Both the position numbers and the translations under genes were made by a program. 64,000 nt of DNA from an uncultured Chroococcidiopsis sp. GTDB taxonomy: Bacteria > Cyanobacteriota > Cyanobacteriia > Cyanobacteriales > Chroococcidiopsidaceae. Position 1 is the stretch's first letter. The number at the start of each line of letters is the position of its first letter. The notes beneath the pieces were generated by a model, which saw nothing but the letters and a program-made list of their open reading frames with translations, was not told the origin of the DNA and did no database searches. This document shows positions 63,521 to 64,000 of the stretch, in pieces. The stretch is taken from contig CAXTYC010000028.1 of NCBI GenBank assembly GCA_964248365.1, positions 1 through 64,000 on the forward strand. The letters are read 5' to 3'.

Positions 63521-63836
63521 ACTTGACTTTGTTCAACGGAGGAAACGAGGCACACAAGTGTCCTCGCCTACCTATAACTGATCGCAGTTCGCCTTAAAGC
63601 CGTCCTTTATTCATAAAAAACTGTTAACTTGCCTGATTAGACCGCAGGGGGGCTTGAGGTGCTTTATGAGAGGAATTTACCGCTTTTTCCCTATTTTCAG
63701 AATATGTACGTTAAGTGTGCGACAGCTTATTAAAAAACAGTTGGAGCAAATAATTTTTTAGTTTTTAATACTTATATAATTATACAATAAGCATAATTTA
63801 GTTTAGCTTACAAAGCTCAAATTGGAGAATAAAAAC

Positions 63837-64000
63837 ATGGTAATCGAACAAGAGTCTAATAACTTTGAAGAGCTTATTTCTAGCTCAGATTTACCAGTTT
63901 TAGGTTTTTTTTACGCCCCTACCAGTGGACCTGATCACCTGATGCTCTCAGTTATAGAGCAAGTAGATAACCAGATAAAAGAACAGCTACGGATTGTAAA
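63837..64000 (+). CDS. Thioredoxin-fold protein lacking CXXC (partial, runs off window)
   Basis: NFEELISSSDLPVLGFFYAPTSGPDHLM...LRIV. Confidence 0.7.
   Translation, partial: MVIEQESNNFEELISSSDLPVLGFFYAPTSGPDHLMLSVIEQVDNQIKEQLRIV

Overview
Cyanobacterial chromosomal segment, judged from dense HIP1 GCGATCGC sites, heptamer tandem repeats, the fbp-tal-zwf-opcA operon, petJ and glgA. Core genes (cobB, pentose-phosphate operon, rbp, intein-containing nrdJ, ybhGFSR-like ABC exporter, exbBD, blaI/M56 pair, petJ, uvsE, glgA, hemC) are interleaved with accessory blocks. (i) The 5' end of a group II intron (1-518, minus strand) sits next to a ~300-bp nested palindrome and a vWA/PP2C (TerY-P-like) cluster with two paralogues sharing an N-terminal domain. 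(ii) A dynamin-like GTPase, a divergent membrane-protein gene and a broken mazF. (iii) A decaying TonB-receptor/TonB locus hit by an IS4-family element. (iv) A C5-methyltransferase fused in frame to a CCGG-family restriction endonuclease. (v) The most striking block is a four-gene co-directional cluster (44432-51363): vWA-TM-FHA-like protein, 1092-aa tubulin/FtsZ-like GTPase, ZorA/MotA-like protein with a long tail, and ZorB/MotB-OmpA protein. This looks like a Zorya-type ion motor coupled to a tubulin-like module instead of ZorC/D/E. All calls come from motif recognition by eye; no searches were run.
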